From Selaginella moellendorffii (taxonomy: Eukaryota > Plantae > Lycopodiophyta), in contig NW_003314272.1 of assembly GCF_000143415.4 (NCBI RefSeq), forward strand, positions 530,184 through 594,183: DNA of 64,000 bases. The letters are read 5' to 3'. The notes beneath the pieces are model-generated. The model worked only from the letters and a program-made list of their open reading frames with translations, was not told the origin of the DNA and did not search any database. The translations under genes and the position numbers were made by a program. Shown here one piece after another: positions 59,711 through 64,000 of the stretch (position 1 is the first letter of the stretch; each line of letters opens with the position of its first letter).

Positions 59711-61206
59711 TGTGAGACACAAAATCCCTAGGCCCCAAAGTGGAGCCGGAAGGGCGCCACATGGTAGTGGCCGAAGTGAGAGCCAAACGAGCATAACACG
59801 TTTGGACCAAAAGCTCCGACTTGAAAAGTCAAGAGCGGGAGTGGAACTCCCAACGAAGTGCTCGAGGAACGAGCACGAAGCGAGCAAAAGACGAGGCTCC
59901 AAAAAGGGACCCAAAAGGACCAACACATGACACGTGGGAGAGTCCGAGATGGACCCGAGATGGACCCGAAATGGAGTCCGAGATGGAGTCCGAGATGGAC
60001 CCGAGATGGACCCGAGATGGACCCGAGATGGAGTCCAAGATGGAGTCCGAGATGGAGTCCGAGATGGACCTGAGATGGAGTCCGAGATGGAGTCCGAGAT
60101 GGAGTCCGAGATGGACCCGAGATGGACCCGAAATGGAGTCCGAGATGGAGTCCGAGATGGACCCGAAATGGAGTCCGAGATGGAGTCCGAGATGGACCCG
60201 AGATGGAGTCCGAGATGGAGTCCGAGATGGACCCGAGATGGACCCGAGATGGAGTCCGAGATGGAGTCCGAGATGGAGTCCGAAGTCGAGACCGAGACCG
60301 GGACCGAGACCGAGACCGAGACCGAGATCGGGACCGAGACCGAGACCGAGGCCGAGGCTGAGACCGAGCCCGAGCCCGAGTCCGAGTCCGAATCCGAATC
60401 CGAGTCCGAGTCCGAGTCCGAGTCCGAGTCCGGAGCCTGAGAGGGTGAAAGCCCAAAGCGTTCGTCTCCCAGACCCTGGGGGGTTTGGTGAGCTCCAAAA
60501 GTATAGTAGGGGGAGGACTGCAGTGGAGCCAGTTTGGCCAGGAAAGGCCAGTTTGGCCCAGGAAGGCCAGACCCAGTGTTGGGTGATGAACTGACCACTG
60601 GGAAGTCCAAGACTAGAGTGAATACGGACCGACAAGCGGGGTAGCTTAGTGAAGTGTTCAAGAGCCGGCTCTAGTTCCCCCGGGAGATCGACTGGCCGAT
60701 GCTCCCAGTCCAAGTGTGGGTGGCACTACCTACTTGGATACCAGGCGTGGCTCAACGGAACCTCGCTCTAAGCCCATGGCTAGAGCACCTAAAGGCGATA
60801 GGTGGGGAGAGTACCCAGGTGGCTCGCGTAAGGCCACGGTGTTCCGAAATGTTGTCCCAAAGGCCCAGACTGTGGAAAGGAAGAGGAGCAGTCCTCTGGG
60901 GTAGTGACCAAGGACACAGTCATGTGGTGAGGAAGTCCCAGAGGACCGTGGGACTTAGTGGTCGGGCCTGTGGGCCTGTGGGCCTACGGGCCGAGATGTC
61001 AGTGGTACCTTTGGGTGTCAGTCTCAGGACCGGACACGTGGAGCACTTGGACCAGGTGCAAGTGTGGAGTGGCATGGATGCCATTCTTGGGGCTAGCAAG
61101 TCCCAAGTCCTGAATTGGATTGATGGAGGTTGTGAATGAGACTTTTCCAAGTGGTCGGAGGTGTGGTTAAGTGACTAAAGTAGAATGGAAAATTTAGTCG
61201 CTTACA
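59711..61206 (+). repeat. 3' LTR of element B (shorter minisatellite, ~220-bp internal deletion)
   Basis: Preceded by purine-rich GGGTGGTGGAGT; ends CTTACA. Confidence 0.92.
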
Positions 61207-63921
61207 CAGGGGATAAGTTGCTTATGTTGCGATATGGTAAGTCAATGTCATGAAAGGAAATACTCATTGTCAAGGAAGCTGTCATTGGGACACCAGAACG
61301 CTCTAGAACACCAGGAGGTGGTGTTTGATGTTGCGAGGGCGATAGATAAGGCCCAAGGGACTAAGTCCCTAGCGAATGATGGATAGAAGGTGCTATCCAA
61401 ATGTCCAAGGTGGCGGAGACAAGAGAAGACTGTCTACTCGAAATGGACAAAGCCAAAAATGGAATTTTGGCAGGGCTAGCGATGGGCATATAAAGGCTCA
61501 TAAGCAACAACGTAATCTCGGTGTGTGGGATTATAGGGTGAGCATACCTGGATTGAGGAGCCACTCCCTAGGCTATCGGGTAGGTTCATCCCTAAGAAGG
61601 CATGATAGAAAGTGCAAAGCTATCCTCCTAGTCTGGAGGAGAATGACCAAAGGAAAGGTGTGAAGCCAAAAGCAAGAAGTAAGGGGGTAGAACCGAACCA
61701 TAGGAATCGAAGGGCATAACCAAGGTTGATTATGCCAGCTGGGAGTGGAGAATCAAGTGGGGGCTCGAGGGTGTTACCGCTAGCAACCGTGATGCCATGG
61801 AGAGTCTAAAATATGGAATTGTCCACGTTAGACTATATGGTAATTGGAAAGCTTGCAAAAAGGGAGGCCTTAGCAATCTAAGGGACAGGGTTCCTTCAAG
61901 GTTCCCAAAGATGATTCTAGGTAGCTTAGTACCTAGAAAGGCCAAGTGTAAATGGTTCAAAGCACGCGCGAAATCAGAGTGGCGCAGCAGAAGCGTGGTC
62001 TTGAAGTTTGCCATGAGGCAAGGCTATCAAGGTTAGGGAAGTAGTTCCCGAGTGTTCAAAGAGAGGGCTTTGAACGAAAGTTGATGATCAAGGGCTTTCA
62101 CGCTTGTGCAGGAACCATGTTACAGTGGTCGAAGGACTTGCCAAAGCGAGATTGGCAAGTCAGGGGAACAAATACCCTAGTTGAAGGTGATAACTTCAAA
62201 AAGGGTGGGCCATGGGGCCAAGCATGGAGGAGTCCATGCATGATCACAGACTTGTCAAGTGAGAGGACTTGGCAATGTGGAGGAACTAGGTTCCTAAGCT
62301 GTGATCTATAGCGTGCTTTGGGTATAAGTTGGTGCACCGGCATGGGGAGTCATACCAGGCATCCTGGGTGATGCCGTCCGTAGATGCATATACGGAGGTT
62401 GGGTTCGAGTCCCGACCTTCTAGTGCTTGGGTTCAAGTCCCAAATCACTAGGGCGTGGTGATGGTTTGGAATATGAGGACACTCATATTTCGGTGGTCAT
62501 GGACTCTCAGTGAGGGGACTGGTTTGGGCACACTGCCAAGCGAGGGATGCCTCGGAGTCATGATGCACGGTTAGATTGCTTAGAGTAAAAGCTCGGCATA
62601 TCTAACTTGAACACTTTGGTGCAAAGGGCACCAAGGACGTGGTGAATGAGATGGGGACACCCAAGTCTTAGTTGCTATGGATCCTTGGCCGGAAGGGCTG
62701 GCTTGGGCGCACCGTCAAGTGTGGGGGATGCCCCCGGGGTCATAGTTAACAACTTAGAAGGGTCTGGAAGACCTAGCCCCTATTGATAAACCTATTAAAG
62801 GGTCAAGATAAGATCACTAGGTGATCTTGTGGCTAAACAAGGACAAAGTCTTTGTTTGGGTTAAGGAATATGATTCCTAGTTCAAAGTGTTGATTTGAAC
62901 CATTGATAAACGTGTGGCTTGGTTGAGGTGACCAAGTGGGAAGCACACCTAAGGGAAATGAGCTATGTCAATGCTATGGCATAGTAAATCCAAGGAAAGT
63001 AGTCTCTATAAAAGATCCAAGGGAGGGTCTCAAAAAGTTGGGCCGTGGATAGAGCCCACGACAGAAAATGTTAAAGAGACGTACTAGGGGTGAACACCCT
63101 TTGGACTTAGCAAAGCAAAGTGTTTGCTATGGAACCAAAAGGAAACCTCAAAAATGGAGGTAGCGATCCTATATTGCTTGGTGCAACAATCCAAGGATAG
63201 GAGCAAAAGATGAGTGCCCAAGATAGGGCCGTGGAATCCATTGGAAAGAATCCAAGTGGCAAAGTTAGCCAAGGAACACTAATGTGTTTGATGCTAACGA
63301 ATTGCGGAAAAAGAAGTGGACTTCCAAGGATGGATTCCCAAGTGCTCCAATTTGGCAAAAGAAAGGCTCTAAGTGAGGGAGCAACTAAGTAGCCAAAAGA
63401 TAGGGCCGTGGACAGCCCTAGCACAAATAATGATAAATGGAACCTAATGCCAATGGTGGCACAAAAATAGAAAAGAGGATGAGGGTGCCCTTGAGTAGAG
63501 AACTTCCTAGGAGGGGAAGTGGAGTTGCACAAAATGTGCAAGGCAAGGTGTCAGAGATACCTAGGAAATTGACTCCAAGAAGTCAAAAGTAAACATTCCA
63601 AAGTGCAAAGGTAGATCAATGGAATCTGTGACTACTCAAGAATGAGTAGTGGAATTGAGTTAGAGAGGGTGCCTCTAACGGGTTTAGCGAGAACTAAACC
63701 AATAAATGGAAAAAACCACCTCAAGTGGTCCAATCAGTTTCTAAGTTGGAGAGACTATCCTCCTTAGAGGATGGACAAGGCATGGTGAGCCTTCGGGGTC
63801 AAACCATAGACAAATATTGGCCGGGTGCCAAGGATGGGAATGGTAATACCTGCGGGTGTTACTTTATAAAAGGGTTTACCGTTCGATGAGGACATCGAAC
63901 TTCGTCTATGGGTGGTGGAGT

Positions 63922-64000
63922 TGTTGTGAGACACAAAATCCCTAGGCCCCAAAGTGGAGCTGGAAAGGGTGCCACGTGATAGTGGCCGAAGCGAAAACCA
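63922..64000 (+). repeat. Start of 3' LTR of element A
   Basis: TGTTGTGAGACAC start and GAGCTGGAAAGGGTGCCACGTG variant match LTR 38197, not the B LTRs. Confidence 0.88.

Larger units (their letters stand above)
41387..61206 (+). mobile_element. LTR retroelement B (same family), nested in A and itself hosting the DNA transposon
   Basis: LTRs 41387-43287 and 59711-61206; PBS 43291; TSD CGGGG (41382-41386) / CAGGG (61207-61211); empty site CCTTACGGGGGATAAG visible in B's own internal region at ~44612. Confidence 0.92.
38197..64000 (+). mobile_element. Gypsy/chromovirus-like LTR retroelement A (non-coding internal region), interrupted by copy B; 3' LTR runs off the window
   Basis: 5' LTR 38197-40047 (TGTTGTGAGAC...CTTACA); PBS at 40051; internal 40048-41386 and 61212-63921; purine tract, then 3' LTR from 63922 sharing diagnostic variants with the 5' LTR. 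Confidence 0.88.

Overview
Eukaryotic plant genomic DNA. The gene density, 45-100 nt introns, a PLS-DYW PPR gene and a ciliary CFAP20DC-like gene suggest a lycophyte such as Selaginella (inference). Positions 1-34.2 kb are a compact gene island: four SAUR genes, LSM5, an orphan membrane protein, plastid RPL9, a PPR-DYW editing factor, an atypical CDK-like kinase, an F-box gene, an orphan, a TAG-type 3-methyladenine glycosylase, an apparent DCD-domain/TRF4-like nucleotidyltransferase fusion, a HAD hydrolase, a CFAP20DC-like gene and a truncated DUF1218 gene. Positions 34.2-64 kb are a transposon nest. A decayed AT-rich tract hosts Gypsy-like LTR element A, which hosts a same-family copy B (TSD CGGGG/CAGGG), which hosts an intact 12.4-kb Sola-like DNA transposon (45560-57972; 24-bp TIRs, ACTT TSD). 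That transposon is the most interesting feature. Besides a DDD transposase, it carries a divergently transcribed spliced cargo gene of ~1650 aa: ParB-like domain + degenerate amino-methyltransferase-like domain + acidic linker + FCP1/NIF-like HAD phosphatase. It also holds ~20 copies of a 24-bp palindrome (AATGGCRTGNGGCCNCAYGCCATT) that I did not see outside it. Together these suggest a ParB/parS-like self-recognition or anti-silencing system (hypothesis). All domain calls are by-eye motif recognition, not database searches.
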